Assembly (NCBI GenBank): GCA_043228905.1
Contig: JBHGNT010000008.1
Location: 21,886,001 to 21,950,000 of the forward strand
DNA: 64,000 bases
Origin: Azolla caroliniana
Lineage: Eukaryota; Plantae; Polypodiophyta
Direction of reading: 5' to 3'
This document shows, one piece after another, positions 50,204 to 62,329 of this stretch. The first letter of the stretch is position 1; each line of letters begins with the position of its first letter. The notes below the pieces were generated by a model. The model was not told where the DNA came from. It worked only from the letters and a program-made list of their open reading frames with translations, and did not search any database. The position numbers and the translations under genes were made by a program.

Positions 50204-52715
50204 TTATGTTTCTGAAGCCACATTGAAATCAGAATTCCTCGAATCTATACTTTTGAAATCTCCTTCAGTAAAGAAAGGCACCGGACGTTTATCTGGTGAC
50301 ACAAAATCTTTGAATGTTGTACCTCTTGCCCATGACTCCTCCAACAAAACATTATCAAGGGCCCAAGCCAATACATGATGCGTACTATGTCTTATTCTTT
50401 GAGCAGCAATAGTCTGACTGTTGCACACAAAGGAAAGTGAACACCAAACAAATACAGTCTGCTAAGTATTTACTTTTTATAACAAGATTGAAAAATCTTC
50501 TTTTTTACCAACAAATAGGATCATCTATGAAGTAGTACATTTCTTTTGGTCATTTATTAAGTAATAGAGTTCCTTTTCTACCAACAAATATAATCTGCAG
50601 TACTTTAATTTTACTGGTAGATTGAAACTCTTCACTTTCATACCTTAACACAGAAGCTTCATCTGCTTGTCTCAGTTTCCTACTGAGCTTTTTCTCCAAC
50701 TTCTTGTGAGAATCCCCACGGATGCCACCTTTTAATTTGTTATGATTACTGTTGCTACTTTTTGATTTATGACTCTTCTTATCATGCTTTGGATAATGGT
50801 GTTTTCGGCTACTTTGGGACACTGTATGTGAAGAACTTGTACAAGGTGGATCATAAACATCCGGGGCCCAAGTCACATGCAACTTGGGGCGTGGCCCCTT
50901 TCCGAATTTCTCATAGCCACCACGAAATACAGACTTTAACTACAAAAAGAAGAAAGGAAGATAAACATTTAACATATTCCACACATTATGATAACCCATA
51001 TGTATGTTGCACTTTAAAGTTATCACAGCTCTCCTCCATTTGATTGTGTGGGCAACATGTAATTCCACAATCAAAGAGGAGCTATCATATAATGTAAGAG
51101 TTGTCAATGCGGTGTCTCTCATGTTTTGATAGTGATCATAAAATGATGTAACAATACAATACATTTTCTGAAAAGTAAAACTGTGAAGTCAAGATCTTGG
51201 AAAGATACCTTGACATCACCATCCGTGCAATGTGTTTCTAAATGTGCAGGAGGCTCAAACACCTTCGCATTTTCATTGGCATCTGATGGCCAAGTTTCCT
51301 GACTAGAAAGACTTTGTTCAACCAATTTATTACTGAGGCCAGGTTTAATGCTCACAAAATCCTCACTTTCTGCATCATAAACTTCAACACATTGGTTTGA
51401 ATCAGTATCTCCATCAACTTCAGGAAGAAGAGAAATCCGTGCGACTAGCTTGGAAACTAGCTCATCAATGGGAGGTTCCTTCCATACAGTTGAGTAACCC
51501 GAACCAATAACATCAATGCCACCCCTCTGACCACATTCACTTGGTTTATGAAATTCTTCCCAAGCAAGTTGCTGCTCATATTACAAAGAGTAGTGTAAAA
51601 TTAGTTGGATTTAAATTAGATCTAGTACAATTAAACGAGACCCTCATAGTGCAATGGGACAATGTCATGCTCACTCACCATACACAATTCGACCTTATTT
51701 TTCACCTCTGATGATGTATCCAAATCCTCCTTGGGTGCTCCTATTATGCTTTGCTCCTTGCAGATTACCTTGTCAGGAGTACTCACTGCCTCCTTTCTTA
51801 GAAAGGTTCCTGGTGTCTTGAAGAACTATGATACATGAAAATGTAGAAAAGAAGGTTATGAAAGCAAAAGCATTGTTTGTTGTCAAAACCCATAAATCCA
51901 TTCTGGTCTCAAAACAATACAATATTGCTGCAACATAACAATAGTCAGATATAGAACAACTAAATTTGCAGAACCTGATATAGTAAGGAAGGGTATGACA
52001 TCATACTTAAAACTATCATCTAGTTCAAAATTCGAACCTTTGGCATGGGAGCCATAATAAAATTGCATCAAAACCTATCCTTGAAAAGGCTATTATGGCA
52101 GTGATGAACGAAAGATAGAGCAAGCTTGTATTTCAGTTTATTTAAGATATGCATATGTTTTATCCCCCAGCTTTGTAGGTAATAACCTGCAACCTTAACT
52201 ATCACTAGAAGGTGTTATTATTGTTATTTTCTCATGATATTATCAAATATTGTTTCTTACTTGCTCAACCAGATTTTAAAAACACTTCAGATTAGGCCCT
52301 AAATAAAGCCACTCAAAAGTTATGTGAGTGGATAAGTGAGTGCGCTAAGATTTCTTCTTTTAAGCAGGCATGCGAACAACATGTCTTCCTTAGACAAACC
52401 TTTTTTAATCAAGAACTGGACATTCAGCTTTAGCGCTAATTAAGAATCACTTTAGCGTGCTGCAATCTGAAAGTTCAATGGTTGATTTGCTGTCTTTTCT
52501 ACTATGCCCAATGATGAGCAAATTAAGCTGTCTTTTTTGTGTTGAAATAGATTTAAAATGTTGTCTGTGATTTTATGGTTTGGCCTCTATCTTATTATAT
52601 CCTTATCTAGCATTATCAGTACAGAAATGCTGAAAGTAGCACCAACCTTTGGGGCCAACACAACATCAACTCCATTGTTAATGAGCAGACTAGCTTTCTG
52701 GATGTGAAATGAACT
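50204..52715 (-). CDS. Uncharacterised plant protein with a 'VTWAPDVYDP' motif; 5' end unresolved
   Basis: Phase-consistent minus-strand exons: 52715-52647 (tentative), 51825-51679, 51571-51209, 50939-50644, 50417-50204. The translation includes LKSVFRGGYEKFGKGPRPKLHVTWAPDVYDPPCTSSSHTV followed by a K/H/S-rich tract. Candidate upstream exons lie at about 53468-53413, with a first exon ending at 55121 (CAG|GTATGC). Confidence 0.75.
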
Positions 52716-55262
52716 CTGTATGAATCTCATTTATGTAACGTTTATTTAGCAATGAATTTATCGCTATATAGGTGGCTCAATAGCTGTTTTACTGCCCTCT
52801 TGGTTGTCCCTCGAGCAAATTCCAACAAAAGGTTACTATCCAGCAAAGACTTCAAATTCAGGAGGTTCTTCTTGCACATGCCTAAATAATTGGCTCAAGT
52901 AACCAGCAAAAAATTACTCCTATGCCTTTACCAATCCCATGATCATAGGAATTCTCTCTTAAAACTTATATTCATCATCAATCATAATGATAGATCTATT
53001 TATTTATAGCAGCCTCTACATGGTAATAAATCATGGGTTTAATTATTTGATTCAGCCAATTGACACAATCAACATTTTAGCAACATAGCTTGACAGATGA
53101 CAAGGGAGACAAACTGAGAAAAGAAAATATCACCAATCATTAAAAGAAATCTAGAAAATTCCATCGCAGATAGGATACATGTGGAAAATTATACATCATG
53201 TTTCCATAGTTAGCAAAATTATGCGGTTAGCTCACCAGAAAGGACATAACGCAAAGCAAGTTCCAAGAATTTGCCAAATAAGTGTAGATAGATAGTTCAG
53301 CCGAAACAGCAACTTGTTAGCTATTAATTGATCTTTGCGGGTGTACAGTCCATGGCCGATAAAGTAACCTGTATCCTTGGCTCCAAGACATTGTTATCCA
53401 GTCTATTATTACCTTATTGATGCTGATAGCATGTCTTTCTGGGATGTGTATGAATCCTACCCAAACACTGCAGCATAGCAGGGAGGAAGTTAACAGTGAA
53501 AAAATACACCAAACTGATTCTCCTTTGCAAAAATATACATGCCATCGTAAAGGTAGTCCAAATCAAATGGAAACACAGCATTAAGTTAAGAAAAACTACA
53601 TGTTAATACTAGCAGCTTAATGTCATTATTACAAGTAGTTTAAAATACCAAACTTCACTCATGAGAAATATGCATTTGTATTTGTTATTTACACTGCTAT
53701 ATGCGCAATAATATTCTGGCAGAAAAAGCTAGAAAGTAAATGATGAAAAAGAGAGACATTGAAATCATCCAAATGCATCATTACCAAGATACAAAATCTG
53801 AGCAAAATGGAACAAGACAGATGTGGTTGGTTTGTGTGTATTTGACAAAACATTGAACAGATGAAAAACCCCTACATATGATTTGCTTATTCTTAAAACA
53901 ACAGACCCTAGACATGATGTCCTTACACTTGAAGAAGAAAACATAATATATCACTTCTTTATATCTTAAAATGAGAAATGCCCTATATATGGTATTTTGC
54001 AATGAAATTGTCGTTTTGTGTTTGCAGAAAGCCTTAGATATGATTTCTTAATGTATGAACTAGGATGACAAAAAACTCCTTGATATGGTGTCTTCTGTTA
54101 GTACAAAAACCCTTGATATGTTTTGTTATGCATGAAGAAAAAACACCCATTGAATCTTTCTTAATTTTCCAAATAACCCTGGTCAACCCTTGAAAGAGAG
54201 AATATGGATAATTTGATCCCATAATTGCTCAAGGGCATTCAGGGACAAAAACTTTGGAACATTTGTTAAATAAAGAAAAACTCCGTGGTAGTTTGGTGTT
54301 TTTCTGCACAAGAAAAACTTAGAAATGGTATGTTTATGTCTACAGAAAAAACACTAGATATCATTTGTTCGTGTCTCTCAAGACATGAAATAGTGTTCTT
54401 ATATGTGCAGAAAAATAGTGTGTTCGTCTTGAGTAAAAAAACTAAAAAATATTTGTTTGTCTGAGGATGAAAAAATATCCGTCTAATTGGCAGAAAACTC
54501 TACCTATAGTTCTCGTCTATGTCTCTGCAAAAGGGAAAAAACTTGAAACAGTTATGTTTGAAGAAGAATAAAGGCGAGAAAACAAATGCTTAAATATGCA
54601 GAAAAAAACATTAGAAATGGCTTCCTTATTTCTGTAACAAAAACGTAAATTACTCAATAATCTGTTTACGTCTCTAGAAAAAATGAAATGCTGGAAATTA
54701 TTAACCTAAACCTGGATGTTTATGTCTGCAGAAAACGAAACAAAATAAAACTAGATATGGTTTGGTTACGTCTGGGGAAATAACAGAAATAACAGGAGAT
54801 AGGGTTTGTTTTCTTGTCTAATAAACCAAGTCCTCTTTATTTCTGACAGTCAAAAACAGAAACCCTAAATCTAGTCTATTCATACCGAACAGAGAGAGAG
54901 ACGAGAAACGAAACCAAGATATGGTTTCTTTATGATTTCTAAAAGAAACCAAAAGAAAAGAAAAAGAAGGCCTGGAAATTTTCGATTCATGACGTCCGAG
55001 GAGGGAAAACAAAACCTAGAAATCCTTTGTCAAATTCCTAGAAGAAGAAAAGGCAGATGAGACAGGCGGGAGAGAGAGAGAGAGAGAGAGAGAGAAACAG
55101 GGAAAGGAAGTGATGCATACCTGGTGAGATCAATTGAAGCGAGACTGCGACATCCAATTTCTGAACTGAACCCTGAAAAGCTCGAGGAACGCCATAGCCA
55201 TATATCTCTCTGGTAAGGTCTGAAGAAAATGTTGACCTTTGAAGAAGAAGAAGAAGAAGAAG

Positions 55263-55670
55263 AAGCTTCTGTTTTTAAGTTCCTAAGTTTTGGAAATTAC
55301 CAAAATACCCCTAGGCCCAAGTCCCACAAAAACACCTCTCGATCAATTTACCCCTTTGTCTTTCCACAATTACCAAGACCTCTCTCTCTCTCTCTCTCTC
55401 TCTTGTATATCGGGATTCGGATAGAACACTTGAAGAGAGCTTATGGACAAGCTGGCTTTCGGAAGCACCCTATAGACAGAAGAAGCTTCTGGGTTTTAAG
55501 TTCTTAGGTTTTAGAAATTTACAAAATACCCCTAGACCTACGCCTCATTAAAACACCTCTCAATCAAATTTCCCCTTTGTCTTTCCACAATTACCAAGAC
55601 CTCTATTGTATATCGGGATTCAAAGAGAACACTTGAAGAGAGCTTATGGACAAGCTGGCTTTCGAAAACA
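55263..55670. repeat. Tandem duplication (~200 bp) spanning the promoter of the minus-strand gene and the LINE 5' junction
   Basis: AAGCTTCTG..TTTTAAGTTC...CAAAATACCCCTAG...CCCCTTTGTCTTTCCACAATTACCAAGACCTCT...TATATCGGGATT...CTTATGGACAAGCTGGCTTTCG occurs twice, at about 55263-55475 and 55483-55675. Confidence 0.85.
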
Positions 55671-57560
55671 CCATAGCACCATTAATCACCTCGTCACCCT
55701 TTCAGTATTAATAGAGGGATAGAGAGATAGTATAATAGAATCAAAGGTAAGCACATGGGCTGAAAAAAATGGTAATAGAACTTATGGACAATATGGCTTT
55801 CAAAAACACCATAGCATCATCGATCACCTTGTTACCCTTCAAGTATTAATGGAGAAACATTACTTGAGAGGTAAGAGTTTATATTATTGTTGCTTTGTAG
55901 ACTTCAAGAAAGTTTTGATATGCTACCTCATGAGCATCTTTGGTGGCGAATGGAAGAACTCAAGATGCCATATGAATATATGCATTCGATTTCTCGAATT
56001 TATGAGAAGGTTATATGTTGTGTGTGTATGGGCGATAGAAGTTCAGACTTTTTCAATAGCACTATTGGAGTTAAGCAATGATGACCACTCTCATCGTCAC
56101 TGAATTAGAATGATGAATTAGAACAAATGGTTGACAAGTTTGTAAAGAATGAAGGTGTTGAAGAAATTGTCACGGATCATAAGCTCAAGAGACAAGCAAG
56201 AAGATAACCAAATGGACAAGAAAGAAGATAGTATTAAAGGAAAGACTCCATAACTGGTGTTGTTCACCTTGAATTCCTTCAAGGTGAACTCCTCTATTTA
56301 TACTACATGGCATGCATACTTGTTGCACGCATGTGAATCTACAATAGAGCATGTAGGTATGCATGCATGTGCCAAGTGTAAATACTACAAGGGAGCAACT
56401 ATGCACATGATGCTAGCAAAATAATAAGGACCAATTATATACATAACTATGTACTAGATATCTTGGTTAACTCATAATACTAGATTATAACATGGTCGTG
56501 TCAAGAGTTCGAATCTTGACAGAAATTGTCATTGGAAATATAACCATCATATTTTTATTGTATGAAAATGATGTTGTGTCTTTTGGAAATACTTTAGGAG
56601 ATTTGCAAATGTTTATGAGGGCATTGGAAGAATTTTGCATGTGAAGAGCCAAAACTTAAATAAACCATGCATTTTGTACAATAATGAGCCACTTGAAAGT
56701 GTGTAAAGCTTCAAAAACCTTGGCCTTCAAGTTCCTTCAAATCATAGATGGATTGAATGTGCTACTTGTCGTGTAGAGGCAAGAAAGAGAGTATATCATT
56801 CATTCGAGACCTTAATATGCAATCGTGGAGGAAATAAGTGTTGGGTTCTAGAGAAGTACCTTTTCAACACTTTCGTAACACCGGTGCTTCTTTATGGGGT
56901 GGAATATGGGAGCATCCCTATTTCTATTGTGAAAGAGTTTTGAAAAATGTCCGAAAGCATTTTCTTAGAATGTTTCTCCAAGTCAAGAATTTAAATGTCA
57001 TACACCCTCCTAGTACTTGTGATTGGATCACTTCCCATTGAGAACATTGTCATGGCATGGGTTGTCGGGTACATGCTTAAGGTTCAAAAAAGTCACTCGC
57101 ATTGACTTCTCAGAATCAAATGCAAAGCAAGTAAAGAGATTCAAAAAACACATAAAAGAAAAAAGTTGTGTTCCGGTTGGATGCAAGATATGGAAAATGG
57201 TCTCCAAGATGGGACATAGCACACTTGGTTGATGATGCATCACTAGATTCCTCTTTGAATAAAGCCTTTTTGCAATATCAATGTATCATAACATGGGAAA
57301 AATGTGGAGGTTCATGCTTCACACATTATACAACATATGTTGCCCCCCCTAACTATAACACCATATTCTTTGCTGAACGGGGATACATGTTAGAGCCCAT
57401 CCCATTATTTGTTGTTCAAACCATTGCTTCCGTATGAATTAGCTCAAATGCATAGCGATGCGAGGCAAGGTGTTGGGACAAAAGTGATTGGAGTAGTTGA
57501 CTATGCACAAGTTGCTCAAAACAAGTTCGAAAGTATGAGGATCATACTTTGATACGTATG
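55430..57560 (+). mobile_element. Truncated, interrupted non-LTR retrotransposon (RTE/RTEX-like RT)
   Basis: Motifs in order: AYGQAGFRKH, SIIDHLVTL, CCFVDFKK, TIGVKQ, LLYENDVV (degenerate YADD) and LFNTFVTPVLLYGVE..WG. Frameshifted. Clade assignment is inference. Confidence 0.8.
56168..56521. mobile_element. Solo LTR (354 bp) nested in the LINE RT
   Basis: Termini are TGTCA...TGACA, with the 5-bp TSD GAAAT (56163-56167 and 56522-56526). Removing it restores the LINE frame EGVEEIVIGNITIIFLLYENDVV. Confidence 0.88.
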
Positions 57561-57569
57561 CATGTGCTA

Positions 57570-60005
57570 TTCGAAAGGGACCACGGGAACTTGAACCAAA
57601 GAGGATGCAAGAACTTGGAAGGTGCAGATGTAAGTTGACTCGAATGCACCTACTCGTTGGAGTCGAAGGTTCTCCAAAGCTTAACAATCCTTGGACTTCA
57701 AAGATCCCCAAAGTCGAAGGGAGCCCATAATTGAAACACTCTGCATGGTTGTATGCATCTTCATAACCCATAAATCGCAGGACTAATTTTCTAAGTTGAG
57801 CAGTATTACCATTAGTAGTGCTCTCGATGTGGGTCACTATTTACATCTCCCTCTACATCAAGGATACAAGCATTTTTGTTGTTTTCAAAGCTATAGATAG
57901 ATTTGAATTATGTTGTAGGGTTGGATCAATGTTATCACCTAGACTTTGCTTAGAGTGGTGCTTATCAAGAACTTCCTCACATTCTAAATGAGTCGAGGTA
58001 GAGTTTTCCTCTTTAGTATCTTTTAAAAAAATTCACGTTCAATGGGGCCAAGCCGCTCGAGAAGCATGTCTCGTGCTAATTTGCATTTTTGTACTAGTGC
58101 CCCTTTTTCTTGGGTCATGGCGTCCTACCTAGTTCCCTCGAAGAATTCAACTGTGCAATTTTATTTCTATTTCTTTGTTGCCTAACATTCTTCGAGGATT
58201 CCTAACTAATCATGCTAGAAAATGGTTGTGTTCATTGTCGTGTTATTACGTGTATGTATGATAGCGGAGGAGGTGCTAGCATGGCAAACTTCGTTTAGAT
58301 CTAATTCTCTTCCACCCCCTAGGCTTAGCCAACCTCCATATGTTTTATTTCTACCATGAAACTCTTCATTCATAGCCAGTGGTTCTTTGTTATTATCATC
58401 TACCATGGGAACATGTTTTAATTTATATTTATCACTCTAGGGTCTCCCCCCTTGTGATATGTTGTAGCTTAAATGAATTCAGTCACGTTGTTGTGAAGTT
58501 ACATGTGTGGATATGAAATCAGAGCGGAACCACCGGGGACTTGAACCAATGAGGATGGGTTGACTCAAGTTTCCAAATGCAATGAGTCGAAGGGTCCTCT
58601 CCTTTGACTTGAAACCTTGTCAGACTTGAAGGCTTGTCGGATTCACATGCTCCTTGGAGTCGAAAGCTTTGTAGGCTAGAAGGCTCATCGGACTCAAACA
58701 CTCGTCAAAGTCAAAGGCTCCTCAAACTCGAAGGTTCTTCAAACTCAAAGGCTCTTCAAAATCAAACCCTCGTTAGGGTTGAAGGGAGTAACGACTCAAA
58801 CAACAATTAATGCACGAGGTCAAGAATGAAACACATGACTATCCCAAAGAACATGAGATTACGAATGGATTTCACAATATTAAGTCCAAAATGAGCCACT
58901 TTGTAAGCTGAAAACATGAATCACTCCTTGAAGATCCTCATGAATAGCCTTTGCTAGCAATCTTTGTGTATCACATTTACGCAATAACTTCTACATGATT
59001 TTGTTTGGCATAGAAATTGTTCACAATAACTCTTTGAGGGGAGCATTTGTGATAAAGTTTTGTGTATTTCCTTTGTACAAATGGCTCGGGTAAAACGCTT
59101 GTGAAATGTCTTTGGGGTAAACAATATCATATGAAACCATGTTGTGTTGAAAATAAGAAGTTGAAAAACAAACAATTCTAACAAACTAGCCTTTACTCTT
59201 TTGTGATAATGTTTATGGATTACTAAGCTTTATGTCAAAAAGTGATAAAGAAACAAAAATGTAAAATAACGAAAAGTAAGAAGATTCTCAACGATTAGTC
59301 GCAAACCACATAATTAAAAGATAATAAGGTGTATGTCAAAAAATATTCACAAGAGAAAAATGATTGTGATGTTTTTTAGCAAATCCCAAATTAAACACAA
59401 AGCAAGCACAAGTTTAACATAACTTGCAAAAAGGAGTATAGACCCCTTAGTTTAGCCTTGCATAAATCTCTTCAAGATGTACTGGACATCCTATTGATCT
59501 CGATCAATTTTCTTTCTCCTTGCCGAAATCATATGTCAGTGATGGACTATTGTCGCGTAAATGCGCTTGTGTATGCTACTTGAGTGGGACCACGAGGTCT
59601 TGGACTAGGGAGTCGAAAAGATAGAGGAGTCAAAAGGGAGTAAGTCGAAGACTCGTGCTTGTCGAAAGATCAAACTAGTCGAAGGCTTATTCTCGTAGAA
59701 GAAATGCGTATGTTGAAGACTCACTCTTGTTGAAGGATAGCTCGTGTCGAAGAAGCGCTTTTGTTGAAGACTTCAAGATTAAGGCTCACAATTAGGATTG
59801 AAACACACAATTAAGGGAATGTGCACAATATTAATACAAAATGTGAGCAAAATATAACTCGTAGACATGGAAAATATTTGGTCCTTTCTTTGATGATATA
59901 ACTTGTAGCCATGGAAAATATTATAGTCTATTTGTATAGTGCCTCTGGCCTTTTTAATTTTAATACCAATGGAGCATAATTTTTATGGAAAAAAAATGTG
60001 AGCAA
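57570..60005. mobile_element. Older LTR-like repetitive sequence (GTCGAAG-rich) into which the Gypsy element inserted
   Basis: Related blocks at about 57580-57745 and 58525-58770 (GGAACTTGAACCAA.GAGGATG, GTCGAAGG), and at about 58790-58900 and 59790-59860. No coding motif recognised. Confidence 0.4.
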
Positions 60006-60279
60006 AATATTGTGATGTCCCTTTCATGCAAGAGCATGCATTTGAACACACCACTCTTTTAGCCACTCCCGTTTAGCACATCACCCATTTTAGCCCACCC
60101 TTTTAGCACACCATTTTGGGTCACGTGTAGCTAGGCCGTCCCAAAATGGGTTCTTTGTATCTTCTATATATTGAATGATAAAGTATGAAGCTAGCTAGGC
60201 TGGTTTGGTTTCCTTTTATGTGCATTTCACATAATTGGTGGAGAAGCGGGCTCAAATTTTAGCCACTACTACATTGTTC

Positions 60280-61230
60280 ATGGCATCCCAATTCCCTTCC
60301 GCCGCCTCCAACGTCGATACCCCGACGGAGCCTGAGTTCTCGCAACCTCACGCACGACCTCCCCCTTTCCAAATGGAGCAGCTCCTGGAACTCATCTCCA
60401 ACGCCATGCTTCAAATCAGCCATACGAATCAAGCTATGCTCTCCTTCCTCTCCACTCACAATGACCGCGCGCAAGATCGTCCAGATTCCAAGGTGTGCCC
60501 GAAGTCCTTCTCCGGATTGCCTTCCGAGGATGTCTTAGCTTGGTTGGATCATTTTGAGATGATCTCTAGTTACCATCGATGGTCCGACGAGCGCAAAGCT
60601 TTGGAAGTTCGTACCCTGCTCGAAAACGTCGCCGCCACCTAGTACGTCCAACAATCAAGCGACGTGATCGAGAATTGGGTGATCCTTCGGGATCTCCTCG
60701 TACAAAACTTCGCCCATCAAAATTCAGCCCAAACGACGTTACAACAACAAGCACACGAACCCATGGGCCAATTTGGTGTTCGCCTCAATCAACTCCTCAT
60801 TCACGCTAACCCTACCATGCCCGAGCATGTGAAGCTTTTCTTCTTATGGCCTCGTCTGCGCCACGACATCACTCGCCGCGCTCGGGACCAAGGTCCGCAG
60901 ACATTCAACGACGCCATCCTCATCGCCCAACGAATCGAAGCTTGTACATTATCTGACACCCAACCTCGTTGGCCCCATCCATCAGCCACCGACTCACGCG
61001 CCCAATACCAAGGCGCGACCCCCATGGACATTGATGTCCAAAACATGCAATTGCAAGCTCGCCGCAACCGTCTCGATCGCGATAGCCAAGGGCGCCCGAG
61101 GTGTTTCTACTGCCACAATTATGGACACGTCTGACGTCAGTGCCGGAAATTGCAACAACAATCTCACAAGCAACAAGTCTAGATAACTATGGCTGGCACG
61201 TCATCGTTGGCTGAGCTTTCGGGAAACTGA
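60280..61230 (+). pseudogene. gag: Retrotransposon Gag with CCHC zinc knuckle and three premature stops
   Basis: A single frame from ATG 60280 with PKSFSG..EDVLAWLDHFE, PMDID and CFYCHNYGHV*RQC. Stops at 60640, 61132 and 61180; it ends G GGA AAC TGA. Confidence 0.88.
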
Positions 61231-61234
61231 CGCC

Positions 61235-62329
61235 CTACAACAAACGTATCTCCAATTTTATCACGACCACCCATTGTCGGGCCACTTGGGTTTCCACAAG
61301 GTTCTTGAAAAATTACGTCTCAAGTATTACTGGCCCAACATGAGACACTCAGTCTCTACCTATATCAAACAATGCGCTTTGTGTCAACACATCAAACCTG
61401 GGGGCAAGCCAGCTGGAACACTCCAACCCATCACCGTCACATCACCTTTCGAGCTGGTCGGATGGGATTTCATGGGACCTTTTCCCGAAACCTCTAGGGG
61501 CAACAAGTATATCCTTGTCATAACAGAATACCTCACACGATGGGCTGAAACTGTTGCCATCCCCGACGTCACTGCGCCAACAATTGCCTCCCAACTCTTG
61601 CAAAAGGTAATATGTCAACATGGTTGCCCTATCCAAATCTTATCTGATCAGGGCCGCCAGTTCCATGGGGATGTCCTCAATGCTGTGGCAACTCAACTAG
61701 GTGTCCAACAAGTGTTTACATCCCCTTACCATCCTCAAACAAATGGCCTCACTGAACGCCTCAACAAGACCCTCAAGCAAGAAATTGCCACTTACATCGA
61801 TCCATGCCACAAAACCTGGGATCAAATCTTGCCTTTTGTCACCCATGCCTACAATACATCCGTACAAGCGTCGACACGGATCAGCCCTTTTTGAGCACTC
61901 TATGGATGCGACCCGCGGCTCCCACCAGAAACGTCCATTGACATCTGTTCTAAACCTGCCAACATGGATAGTGCTACTTGGGGGCTTTATCTCCAACAAA
62001 TGCTCCCCCTCCTTCGACAAGCCAGCTCCCGAAATCTACAAGTCGCACAACAACGTCAAAAGCGACACTACGACGTGGGTCGAATCACCCTGACGTATGC
62101 TGATGGAACCAAAGTCCTTGTTTACTTTCCAATCCGGCGGCTTGGTCTCAGTGAATCCCTCATGCACCGGTGGATCGGCCCATTCACCGTAATTCGTGCC
62201 ATCAAGTCCACGACTTACTTACTCCGACGCGATTCCAACTGTCGATTCACCTCAGCCCATGTTGCCCATATCAAGCCATATGCTACCCCAAGCCTATCTT
62301 CTAACACCCCTCCTTCTCTCATAGCGTAA
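61235..62329 (+). pseudogene. Retroviral-type integrase (HHCC, DDE core, GPY/F), one premature stop
   Basis: HDHPLSGHLG..YYWPNM..CALCQ, GWDFMGPFP, ILSDQGRQF, SPYHPQTNGLTERLN and WIGPFTV. TGA at 61892; no chromodomain. Confidence 0.92.

Noticed and set aside
61221-61280. Functional Gag-IN fusion via -1 frameshift
   Set aside because: A frame check puts IN at +1 relative to gag; the -1 frame is unrelated and stops at about 61341.
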